A program made the translations under genes and the position numbers. This document shows positions 11,899 through 22,457 of a stretch of DNA of 64,000 nt, piece by piece. This DNA is from Anthoceros angustus (Eukaryota > Plantae > Anthocerotophyta): assembly GCA_010909165.1 (NCBI GenBank), contig VJWM01000135.1, positions 620,001 to 684,000 of the forward strand, written 5' to 3'. Under the pieces are notes generated by a model. The model worked only from the letters and a program-made list of their open reading frames with translations, was not told where the DNA came from and ran no database searches. Position 1 is the stretch's first letter. Every line of letters begins with the position of its first letter.

Positions 11899-12847
11899 AT
11901 GGGGCAGATCTTCAAGGAGTATCTCACCGGCAGCCGCATCTACAGCTGCAGCAACTGCCATGCTCACTCTGCTGCGCACGACCAGATCTATTCCAAATCC
12001 TTCCACGGCCGCTTTGGTCGGGCCTACCTCTTCAACAATGTGTGAGGACCTTTCCCCTACTCTGTTTCACGCTCTTTCCCTGCTCGCAATTGTCTTGTGC
12101 AGTTTGCTCTGCTGGTCATGAGGAGTCTGCATCCGATTCTAGTACCTCACGGCTCTTCCCTCCACTTCTGTGCTACACTGTGATTCTCTGACCGGATTCG
12201 GGCAGCCTTGTGTCTGTTTGTTGTGGTGGAATCGCGAGAGCTGTACGGAGCTGCCTCTGCTAAGCACCGCAAGGCAGGGAAGGATGGGACGGCGGGTTGA
12301 TGCTTTTTAGGACCTGCGTTTGTTTTGGATTGGGGTCCTCAGCTGCCCGCACATCTTTCCTCTTCCTCGCCAGTTCTAGGTTTTAGTGATGTTTGTTGGC
12401 CATTGTCCACAGTGACTGTCAGCGGACAGCGATGATTTAGCACACGTGAAGCTGGCTGTTGAATTTCTCTGCGAGCTGGTGGTGCAGTCTAGACTCGGAA
12501 CATGATGCACACATGTTGTTGCCTGCTGTTTTGCAGTGTGAATGTTTGTCTTGGGCCCAAGGAAGATCGCCTTCTCATAACGGGGCTTCACACGGTTGCG
12601 GACATCTACTGCAATTGCTGCCAGCAGATCCTTGGCTGGAAATATGTGAGTTTTTCCTGTTGCAATGTCCATCAAAGCTTTCCAGATACACGTGTGTTCA
12701 CAGCACCCGCTACGACAGGTTTTCGACTCTGACTTTAACACTACTAATCTGCCTGGGGAACAGGAAACAGCATTCGAGGAACGAGAGAAGTATAAGGAGG
12801 GCAAGTACATCATCGAGAAGGCAAAGATGACCAAAGAGAATTGGTGA
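11899..12847 (+). CDS. Yippee-like zinc-binding protein, 3 exons
   Basis: Exons 11899-12041, 12537-12645, 12764-12847: [50 protein letters not shown]. Confidence 0.95.
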
Positions 12848-14191
12848 GCGTGACAGCGATGGTGGAGTCTCTACATGCTTCTTGTAGATGGTCACGAAGG
12901 CTCACGTAGCCTTGAGCGATAGTGATATGTACAGTGTGGCCTGGTTTTTGCTGCTGGTTGCTGTCCCAAAGACTCTGCAAAACATGATCAGTCTTCACAG
13001 ATTTTTGACCCATGGATTTCACCGCTGTAGAGAGAGGCAAACTGTATAGGAAGGCGAGGTTTTGCTCCCGGTAGCTGTCTTTCAGACTTCCAATCCGGAG
13101 ATGTTGATACGTTGTTCACCGGGCAAGTGCCGGGGTCTCATTTTATGCTAAGCTCTCTTTCACTCCGCCAAGGTAAGACGCCTCGGACATGCAGCCGGTG
13201 GTGCCAACCACGCGTGGACAGTGCGGCAAATGTTTCCAGTTTTTGGGCATGATAGTTATGTTCTACACGGGATGCTTGAAGAACCCACAGCGGTTTAATC
13301 CTGCCGCCCTTCATCCCGTGTCTCCTCGTATGGCCAAATAGGCAGGGGAAAAGAAAACATTGGATATCCAATTGGCTGCCATCTGGGCAAATCAGCGATG
13401 ACCGGCGTCATCCAGATAGCCGCAGTGTGCAGACTGTGGACAAGGTGTCCAATCCACTCATCCCTGAGTGCCTGCTTTTTGGGGATCATGCCAAGAAAAC
13501 AGGAGAGGGAGATAGCGTCCTGGGTGATGGGGGATGGATGAGGATTTGCCCGTGCTACACTTTGGCTCTCACCTTTGGGCTCACCTGGTTCTTACAATGG
13601 ATGCTGAGTCAGGATGGAAGGCAGGGAGTGCCCACCATCAGCCTCGCATTTCTAACACAGTTGATTTGCCTGCGAGAGTGATCTTTTGGCCGAAAGTATG
13701 TGTAGATGCAGAGGGAGTGCGGAGGCATAAGCATGTGGGTTCGTGGGACGGGACGAGGTAATATGCCAAGGACATGGTGGCCCTGTAGTTGCTTGCCAGC
13801 AATCCAGGTCCCGGATGATAGACCTAGGATCAGCTGCAAGCCAGGCGCACGAGGCTTCCAGGGAAGCAAGTTCTCCAGCCACTGGCCACTGGCAAAATGC
13901 TGGGCTGATATGAGACCTGGCCGGGAGCTTGAAGTCGGATTTCGGGTGCTGCCAAGCAATCCACCATGGCGTGCTTCATTGCCGCCGCGGAGTTCGTTGC
14001 TGCAATGCCTGCCAGCAATACATGGGAAATCCCACGGAAGTCTGGGAGTGCTGGACATGAGGCTGGGAATCTAGCTAGAAGGAAATGGTGCTCCAGGAGA
14101 TTAAGTCTGCAGCGCGCGTATGCATCCAGAAGTGTTGCCCAGGAGGTAGACCTCTCACCAGTGTTGTTGGCAATGCTGTGAGCTCCTTGGT

Positions 14192-15994
14192 TTGGATGTG
14201 CTTTGTGCTGATTGTTATAGATTGGTGCAACAGGAGACTACACTGATGAAGAGGAAAGACCACGAAGCTCTTTTGGGCCGCATCGCTTCTGAAACAGAGC
14301 GTAAGTGCGAGAACAGCCGAGCCACGACGCCGTTGGAACGAGCCATTACATGGGCGTTGAGAGGAGTTACGGATGCCTCGCACGTTGCTGCCATTTTGGG
14401 GGATTTGGAGATTTCTCTTCCGGTATTCTCCTCCGTGATTCAGAAATTGGGTGTGGAAGGGCACCCTTGTGCGGCACATGCGATCGTGAATTGGATGTGT
14501 GCCAGACCTGTTGCGAATGAGGAGGATCGACCCAATGTGTACATATACAACAGCTTGTTGGGAGCCTTGAAGGCGAACCGGAGATATCACGTGATGGACC
14601 AGGTTATTGCAGAGATTGAGACGAGGAAAGTTGTCCCTGATGTGGTCACTTTCAACACTGTAATCAAGATGCAGGAGGAGCAGGGCAACCTTCATGAAGC
14701 CCTCAATGTGTTCATAGCTCTGAAGCTGGCAGGAATAAAACCTACCTTCGTAACCTACAGAATGCTATTCCGGATTCTAGCAAAAGTTGGGGATGCTGTC
14801 ACTGCCCTTGAAATGTTCGTGGATCTGAGGAATGAGCAGATGCAGAGCCAGCTGAGCCGTCCTGGATCACATTACGCAGTGCAGGGTGAGCAAGTAGACA
14901 GCAGGATTGTAGGACTAGGGATGGGGAGCCAATGGCAGCAGATGGAGGTTTTCATGAGGGATCTGTGTTCGGAAAGAATCTGGATATGGCTGGCAGAAGG
15001 AGCCGAGGCTTCAGAAATCGGCCAGCTCTTTGCGGGCATGGAGGCTGCAGCTGTAGAGCTAGACACGGCAACCTGTGTCAATCTCTTGTGGAGATGTGGT
15101 ACTAGGGAGCTGGATCATGTTTTGGTGAAGCGTCTGTACCTGGTCCTGCGGACCAAAGGTTATCCCCTCAGCATTTCCCTGTGCAATCATGTGATCAAGG
15201 CCTTAGGCAAGGGGAAGAAGTGGTGGGCAGCCCTTCAGGTTTTTGAGCAAATGGTTGAGCAGGGGCCTGAGCCAGATAGAACTACACGGGAAATAGTGGT
15301 CTCACACTTCCGCATCCTTCTGAATGCGGCCAGGAGGAGGAGAATTTGGAAGTGGTCGTTGATATTACTTGACAGAATGCTAGAAAAGGGACTTGACCCT
15401 GGGAGATTTGCATGGAATGCCGCTCTAATCGCTTGTGCCAAGGCTAATGCAACCTCTGCAGCAGTGGGTTTGTTCCAAAAAATGATACAATACGGGGAGA
15501 AACCAGATGTGCTATCCTATGGTGCTCTTCTCTGCGCTTTTGAGAAAGCAGGTCTGTACGATAACGCAGTCCGACTGTGGGCACACATGAAGAAAGTAGG
15601 AGTCAAGCCGAACGATGTAGCCTACACTATCATGATATGTGTCCACGGGAATTCAGGACTGTATGAGGATTGTCTGAAAGTGGTCAGTGAGATGCAGGAA
15701 GCTGGGTTGGAACCATCTCTTATAACCTACAATGCTCTCATCACAGCATGTGCCAAGGTGGGTAATAGTCAAGGTGCCCTTTATTGGCTGAACCAGATGA
15801 GTGGTGTTTGGATAGCACCTGATGGCATTACATTTGAGCAGCTTTTTGAGGCCTTCTCGGCTGATGTCAAGTGGCAATCAGCAGCGTCAACCTGTTCTAT
15901 CAGCAACTCATGCTCTAAGGATGAACAGTATGTTGGTAGTACCACAAGCTGGAATTTAAGTGTCCAAGCTGAATCCTCTAGGCTGGGCACGTGA
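14192..15994 (+). CDS. P-class PPR protein, LPE1 (At3g46610)-like; 5' exon(s) upstream unresolved
   Basis: P motifs plus KKWWAALQVFE...VVSHFRILLNAARRRRIWKW...WNAALIACAKA, resembling the recalled At3g46610 sequence. Confidence 0.85.
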   Translation: MDVLCADCYRLVQQETTLMKRKDHEALLGRIASETERKCENSRATTPLERAITWALRGVTDASHVAAILGDLEISLPVFSSVIQKLGVEGHPCAAHAIVNWMCARPVANEEDRPNVYIYNSLLGALKANRRYHVMDQVIAEIETRKVVPDVVTFNTVIKMQEEQGNLHEALNVFIALKLAGIKPTFVTYRMLFRILAKVGDAVTALEMFVDLRNEQMQSQLSRPGSHYAVQGEQVDSRIVGLGMGSQWQQMEVFMRDLCSERIWIWLAEGAEASEIGQLFAGMEAAAVELDTATCVNLLWRCGTRELDHVLVKRLYLVLRTKGYPLSISLCNHVIKALGKGKKWWAALQVFEQMVEQGPEPDRTTREIVVSHFRILLNAARRRRIWKWSLILLDRMLEKGLDPGRFAWNAALIACAKANATSAAVGLFQKMIQYGEKPDVLSYGALLCAFEKAGLYDNAVRLWAHMKKVGVKPNDVAYTIMICVHGNSGLYEDCLKVVSEMQEAGLEPSLITYNALITACAKVGNSQGALYWLNQMSGVWIAPDGITFEQLFEAFSADVKWQSAASTCSISNSCSKDEQYVGSTTSWNLSVQAESSRLGT

Positions 15995-16014
15995 CTCTTA
16001 TACATGTCTGCTGG

Positions 16015-16993
16015 CTAGTTCAGCCAAGAAGCGATGCCCTGGACGAGGGAAGCAACTGTGGAAGGACTCAGCGTGTTCTGGCCCAGAACTGTGTCCAGCA
16101 GCGCCGATACAGTGGTTTCGCCTGAGATGATGTGCACCACCTCTGTCCCATCCGCGTGCACCTGAGACACCACATTACATCCAGCTTGTGTAAGTAGCAG
16201 CAACCCGGCTACCTGCTTTGTCTGTAGCAGAAGTCTCAGCTCTTTTCTCACCGTGAGCTTCACAACGGAAGGGGAGGACACTGTGTAGAACACTGTCGAC
16301 CCCAACTGGTTGATGGGTTGGAAGAAGTGAGTGAGCTCCTTCAGTGCCCTCTCTTCTGCCTCGCCAAGCTTGTTATCTTTGATGAGCCGCTCCTTGACAA
16401 CGGCCTCCACCTGGGCTCCATACTGAGCCCCCGTGAGTGGACCCACAAGCAAGACCACCTTCACGAATTTCTCGACAGGGGCTGTAAAGCCATGGGGCAG
16501 GGATTTAGTTCCACTCCAAGCAATGTGGCTTGCATACCAGTCAAATCACCATCCCTAACCTTTGATCAAAGCTGCGAAGAAGGCAGAGTCTTGACTGAGC
16601 TCCTCAGCGGACTTCCCCTTCCAAGCGTGAAGATGAGAAGTGACCTCCCGCTCCAGGTAGATTGCGAACCGGGCAACTTTCACTTCCACGTTGTCTTTCA
16701 CCTTCAGTTCCAAACCTGCAAGGATGACACTCCGGATGCACTGAATAAGTTACTGACGATTGTGACCCCCTTTCAGATCTGATGTTATCATGGACAGTTC
16801 TATACATACCATGGCCAGCGAGGAACAGGGTCTTAGAGGAGTCTGAAGGGGAGGTGATGCTGCCATTGAGAGTGATGCCCTCCTCGGCAAAAATCACGTC
16901 CGATACACCCACTGCCACAGAAACAATTTCCGTGAATCAAGAACTCCAGACACAGGACGGAGGATCAAGGCAATTGCTGAGTACCTACTTACT
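16015..16993 (-). CDS. Chalcone isomerase-fold protein (CHI/CHIL-like)
   Basis: Spliced protein MGVSDV...SKTLFLAGHG-LELK...IYLE...HLHAWKGKSAEELSQDSAFF...EKFVKVVL..PLTGAQYG...LDTVLGQNTLSPST. Confidence 0.85.
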
Positions 16994-17717
16994 TTCTGAA
17001 GAGGCAGAACAGGACTGGAATGCTGAAAGCTTTTCAAGAGAAGGGGACTTCTGGACTCTGGAATGTGCAACTCTGAGGAGACAAGGTGGGTATTTAATGG
17101 CGGAGTGGCATGCATGAGGTGCATGAACTGGTCCTGTGGGGCATTTGCACCTGAAGGATAGAAGCCTTCAGAAGATTGTGACATGGTGGAACATATCCGC
17201 CTTGCGGCCACCACAAACACGGTGCTGTCACTGCCTGATAGGCGAAGCAGTGGCTCAACATCTCCTACTCCCCCAACACGCTAATCCCCCTCTTGACTTT
17301 GGCGGGTCATGCCATGCCAAACAATGGACCAGAGTAGGTCGACTGTCACTTATCTAGAAAGTGTCTCACAGCAACCAGAGAGCGCTCAGCAGCTGCAGCT
17401 CACCAGAACTCCTGGCCACGTGCTTCGTCGACTTTTAGGCCTTCAGGCCATCTAGTGCTTAGTCCTTGGATAAGATACGCTCGCCCTTGTATCAGTTTCT
17501 GCAAACCTGTGTGAACAAATTCTTGGTGATTAAGGAACTAAGCATCAGGCATGCGTCCTCATTCTCTTTCAGGAAGCAGTTGCAGACACTGCCCAAATAC
17601 ATGGATGGGGATGGCGGGCTGTATATGGTATGCACTGACTAGTGTCACATCCCCACACTCATCATTCATGTATGTTTCAAAACAACGCTCCACCAGAAGA
17701 AGCTTAATTGATTGTAC

Positions 17718-19898
17718 ATGGCCGTGAGCGATGCCTGCTTAAAACTTGGTGCTGAGATTGTGTGTACCAGGGCAAACGGACGTGGTCAGAGTCATTTGCG
17801 CAATATCCCATCTCCAGGACTGGACCTGGGTATTGGGTTTAGGCTTGAATCTTTAGCAGGTTCAGTGTACGCTTGTGCCAATCATGGCTGCCTTGTGCAT
17901 GGCACTTCATTCACACAGAGGCCCACACAGGTGGCAACAGGTTGGATGGCTCTGGATATGCAAGTGGGTCCGCCTGCAGGACATGAAATGGGCGTATCGG
18001 CTGAGACCGTGAGCGAACTATGTCAGCAAGGTCAGTACACTGAGGCTGTTGAGGCTCTGGGCGTTCTCGTGCAGACTGGCTGTGATGTATCCAGATCTCT
18101 CTTTTATTCTGTCCTTAAAGAATGTGTGGCTAAGAAGGATTTGGTTATGGGTCGCCGTGTCCATGCTCTCACGGTGAAGAAGGGGTATGAGTCGGATACT
18201 TTCCTGTGCAACCACATGTTGCGTATGTATGCTTCTCTTGCCAGTTTGCAAGACGCGATGGGTGTGTTTGCAGAGGTTGCCAAACCAGATGCCTTCACGT
18301 GGTCTGCTATAATCTCTGCTAACGTGAAACACGGGGAAGACAAACAGGCCGTAGAGCTGTATCATCGAATGCGCAGGTCAAGTGTGAAGCCGGACGGGCA
18401 TGTGTTTGTAGCAGCTCTTCAGGCCTGTGCTGGGGGAGAGGACTTGAATTCTGGGCAGCAAGTGCATGCTGATGTGTTGGCAAGTGGCGTTGAGGGCGAT
18501 TTGTTTGTATGCAGTTGCTTGGTTGACATGTATGCAAAATGTGGAAGCTTGGAAGACGCTCAAAGAGTGTTTGACGGGCTTCATCAAAAGGATTTGGTGA
18601 CTTGGAGCGCCATGATAGCAGGATATGCCCAGCAGAGCATGGGGCAAAAGGCCCTTTGTCTGTACAGAGCTATGCAAGAAGAGGGCATCTTTGCACTGGA
18701 TTCTGTGACATTTGTGTGCCTCTTGCAGGCATGTGCGAGTGTGGGGACTCCAGCTTTGGAAATGGGCAGGCAGCTCCATGCACAAATCAGACAACTAGGA
18801 CTCCAAGGTAATGTGTTTGTAGCCAGCAGTTTGGTGAGCATGTATACCAAGTGTGGCAGCCTCGAGGATGCTCGAGGCGTCTTTGACGGACTTGGTCAAA
18901 AGAATGTGGTGACTTGGAGTGCCATGATCGCAGGGTATTCCCAGCACGGCATGGGGAAGGAAGCCCTTCAGCTGTACAGGGCAATGCAAGAAGACGGCAT
19001 TGTTGCACCCAATGCTGTGACATTTGTCTGCCTTCTTCAGGCATGTGCAGGTGTGTCAGCTTTGCATGTGGGAAGGCAGCTTCATGCACAGATTGAAGAC
19101 CAGGGGCTTCAAGCTGATGCAGCTGTAGCCAACAGCCTGATCAGCATGTATGCAAAGGCGGGGAGTATGGTTGATGCACAGCAGGTGTTTGATGCCTTGC
19201 CGAACAGAGATGTTGTCAGCTGGAGTGCATTGATTGCAGGATACAGCCGTCAAGGAGACAGTGATGAGGTCTTTAACCTGGTTCTCAGAATGCGAGAGGA
19301 TGGTATACAACCAGATGGCATGACTCTCCTTAGTGTGCTAACAGTCTGCAGCCATACAGGCTTAGTGAGCAAGGGGCGAGAGCTCTTTGAGTCAATGAGC
19401 AGATGGTATGGCATCACTCCGACGGCTGACCATTACACATGCATGGTAGATCTCCTGGGTCGTGCAGGCCATCTGGACGAGGCACTAGCTTTAATAAGCA
19501 CAATGCCTGTACCACCTGATGCTACAATTTGGCACACTCTACTGAATGCTTGTCGAAAGTGGAGCAACGTGGAGGTGGGACGCCATGCTTTTGATGAAGC
19601 AGTGAAGCTTAACAAGAAAGATGCCGCAGCATATGTGTTGATGAGGAATATATACACTGATGCCCAGATGTGGAAGCAGGCAGAGGAGCTTCACGTACTA
19701 AGAGAGGGAATTGGGGCCTGGAAGCAGCCAGGCCAGAGCTGGTGGACAGATATGGATGGACTGGTGCACAGTTTTTTGGTTGGGGATAAGAAGCATCCAG
19801 AAATTCAACATATATATGCAAGGCTTGAGCAACTTTTATCCCAACTCAAGAAAGGAGGGTATGGGCCATATCTGGACTCATCAGCCATTTGTACTTAG
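17718..19898 (+). CDS. PLS-class PPR RNA-editing factor, E domains plus WW-type PG box, no deaminase domain
   Basis: Intronless P-L-S triplets, HYTCMVDLLGRAG, WKQPGQSWWTD..VHSFLVGD; stops before any HxE/CxxC motif. Confidence 0.93.
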   Translation: MAVSDACLKLGAEIVCTRANGRGQSHLRNIPSPGLDLGIGFRLESLAGSVYACANHGCLVHGTSFTQRPTQVATGWMALDMQVGPPAGHEMGVSAETVSELCQQGQYTEAVEALGVLVQTGCDVSRSLFYSVLKECVAKKDLVMGRRVHALTVKKGYESDTFLCNHMLRMYASLASLQDAMGVFAEVAKPDAFTWSAIISANVKHGEDKQAVELYHRMRRSSVKPDGHVFVAALQACAGGEDLNSGQQVHADVLASGVEGDLFVCSCLVDMYAKCGSLEDAQRVFDGLHQKDLVTWSAMIAGYAQQSMGQKALCLYRAMQEEGIFALDSVTFVCLLQACASVGTPALEMGRQLHAQIRQLGLQGNVFVASSLVSMYTKCGSLEDARGVFDGLGQKNVVTWSAMIAGYSQHGMGKEALQLYRAMQEDGIVAPNAVTFVCLLQACAGVSALHVGRQLHAQIEDQGLQADAAVANSLISMYAKAGSMVDAQQVFDALPNRDVVSWSALIAGYSRQGDSDEVFNLVLRMREDGIQPDGMTLLSVLTVCSHTGLVSKGRELFESMSRWYGITPTADHYTCMVDLLGRAGHLDEALALISTMPVPPDATIWHTLLNACRKWSNVEVGRHAFDEAVKLNKKDAAAYVLMRNIYTDAQMWKQAEELHVLREGIGAWKQPGQSWWTDMDGLVHSFLVGDKKHPEIQHIYARLEQLLSQLKKGGYGPYLDSSAICT

Positions 19899-20239
19899 TT
19901 CTCCAGTCTCCTTGTCAAGGTATAAAACAAAGTCGGCTCCAGCATATCACGGCACACATTTCTTGTCCCCTACAAGTCTTGACAGGTATGACGTTTTTAC
20001 TAACGAAAGAGGAGATGGGTGAACCCATGTACTTAAGACATCAAACCCAATGTCCAGGGTCTGAGAAGCTCCACAAGGATCACTCTCCAGCTTTCCAAGC
20101 TTTCCCGAAACCATCATGGTAAAGAAGGATCACCTAAGCTCCCTATCTAAAGTCACCTAGAGTGCCTACAACGTCATAGCGAGGGAGATTGAATGGCCTA
20201 AAATTACTGAACTAGTCGAGGATACATCTCCAACAATCG

Positions 20240-21790
20240 CTACTGTTCGAAAGATAGCCCCTGCAAGGAATATACATCTCCAGCAATAGCTATTGTTTGT
20301 AAGATAGCCACCGTAAGGGCCCTTTGGAGGGAATGGTTACTTGTTGTTGAAAGAACGCTCCGAACGAGGTAGGCCCGCTCCTTATCTCTTTGTATAATAT
20401 GCTTTGTCATAGGATATGATAAATTTATCAAAATCCCTATAAGTCTTCAAGGCAAGCGGGATGAAGAGGTTGCCAGTTTGCATTTCTTTATATTTAGTAA
20501 CCTTGAAAGCCAACGATCTAGTTGTCGCCCAACCTGGACAATTTAGGATAACCTATTCAGAGGTGGTATCCTAAACTATTTAAAGGTGGATCCCTCTTGT
20601 GTAGGGTCAATAGCCACCCTATAAGTCTTTAAGGCAAGCGGGATGAAAAGGTGGTTAGTTTGTATTCCTCTATATTTAGTAACCTTAAAAGCCGACGTTA
20701 CAGTTGTCGCCCAACCTGGACGGTTTAGGGTAATCTATTCAGAAGTGGATCTTTGTTGTGTAGAGTCAACAGCAACCACTTCTGCAACTAAGATTTGGTG
20801 ACCCCGAACGAGAATGTAAAATATACCAAGGCTCCCTCCAAGCCATACACCATATGACCACTTTCATGAGCCATTGCAAACGTAACGCCACGAATGACAT
20901 CATGGGTAGCAATACGTTAATCCCGCAAGATCATTCCAAATGCATCCAAGGCATAGCCACATTCACACGCAAGATCGTTCCAAATACATCTAAGGCATAG
21001 CGACATTCACAGCTGAGAAGTGATGAAGCTTCTAGCTAAACCAAGCCCAGACGGAAGTGCATGTTATAGTGAAGGTTGTAGGTGCAATGTGAAATCCCTG
21101 TATAGATGGACGAGCCAACAACCAAGGTCCTGCGCCCTTCCTAGAACAAGAGCAAAGATGGGCTCTTGTGGTCCTTGGAATAGAAGGGTTCAAAAGGATG
21201 GATTGGAAAGCTTGGCCGAGTTGTTTGTCGAGCAAGGATGCCAGCAACCCTCTAAAACCATTGTTGAGGAAGGTCATAAAAGGTGACTCTGCCTTGCTTC
21301 TATTGATACCATGTCTGTAGCTTCTCTCAAGGAAACTTGAAAAGAAGGTTTCCTCTTCAACTCCTGATACAAAGTCCTCCCAAAAGGGCTTATCGTGAAG
21401 CATGAAATACGAGGCCAGAGCAAAGGCATACAAAGCCCACCTGCCCAAAATTAATGTTAGCAAGAAAGCCTCCATGGAAACTAGATCCATTCTCCTGTAA
21501 GCTACTATCAAGAATTCTTGCTAACGTGTTAGATTGTACGTGGGACATTGAAAAATCCTTAGACCTAGAATGTCTCCTAAAACATCTATGATCTTCTTAT
21601 ATGTTAGATATTGAAAAATCCTTGGACCTAGAATATCTCCTAAAACATCCATGATCTTCTTATATGTTAGATATTGAAAAATCCTTGGACCTAGAATATC
21701 TCCTAAAACATCCATGATCTTCTTATATGTTAGATATTGAAAAATCCAAGGACCTAGAATATCTCCTAAAACATCCATGATCTTCTTGTC
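20240..21790 (-). mobile_element. Decayed non-LTR retrotransposon with restriction-like endonuclease (CRE/R2-group-like)
   Basis: Minus-strand relics: RAHLCSCSRKGAGPWLLARPS, CECGYALDAFG, RIATHDVIR...AHESGH, FIPLALKTYR (cf. FIPFAxETYG). Confidence 0.7.
21548..21788. repeat. 63-bp tandem repeat, ~3.8 copies
   Basis: ttgaaaaatcc...atgttagata starts at 21548, 21611, 21674 and 21737. Confidence 0.95.
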
Positions 21791-22457
21791 GAACTCCGAA
21801 GAAGAAATTAATGTATGGATAAGATAACATTAGGTATTTGGCAAGGCATGCGGAGAGAATACACATGTGTCCTCTGCGAAGGAAGGTCTTCGATATGGGA
21901 AAGATAATCCACCGTCCTTACCTGACATTTGTCGCTGGTGAGAAACATCGCAGAGTTCGCCCTGTTCTCCCGACTGGGGAAGACCTATACGAGGTTATTC
22001 GCCGTATCATTACCCACCAGGGATCTTATGTCCAACACATGAAGTCCAGCAATCCTTGCATCTGCGCCATGGGATACGTGGTGAACTGCCTGCGCCTTGT
22101 GGAAGCCATCTGCCACGACTGCGCACCAGTGATGATAGCGGAGAACTTTTCGCTGTCCTCATTAATGTTCTGGACTGGACTGCCTTCTCCCTGACGGTAG
22201 ATGAAAAGGACACCACCCTCAAGCAGACTGCTGAAAATCACGGACAAGCAGAACAGATGAAGAAGCTTCACCTGCTCTGTTGGCTTTTCCCTTCACTGAC
22301 ACCCACGCCAGCTTTAAGGTTCTTGAGGAATACATATCCACCCTTGGTTCTAGCGCATATACAGAACGGTTTTACACAACATTCCCAGCTTCCCTAAACT
22401 CGAGCAGGATTTCCCCGAAAGCCATAGACAACACGCTCGTCTTCTTTGTAGGAAGTC

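Noticed and set aside
19889-20122. CPGSEKLH downstream of the PPR, resembling DYW HSEKLA
   Set aside because: No zinc-ligand His, no CxxC and wrong spacing; probably chance.
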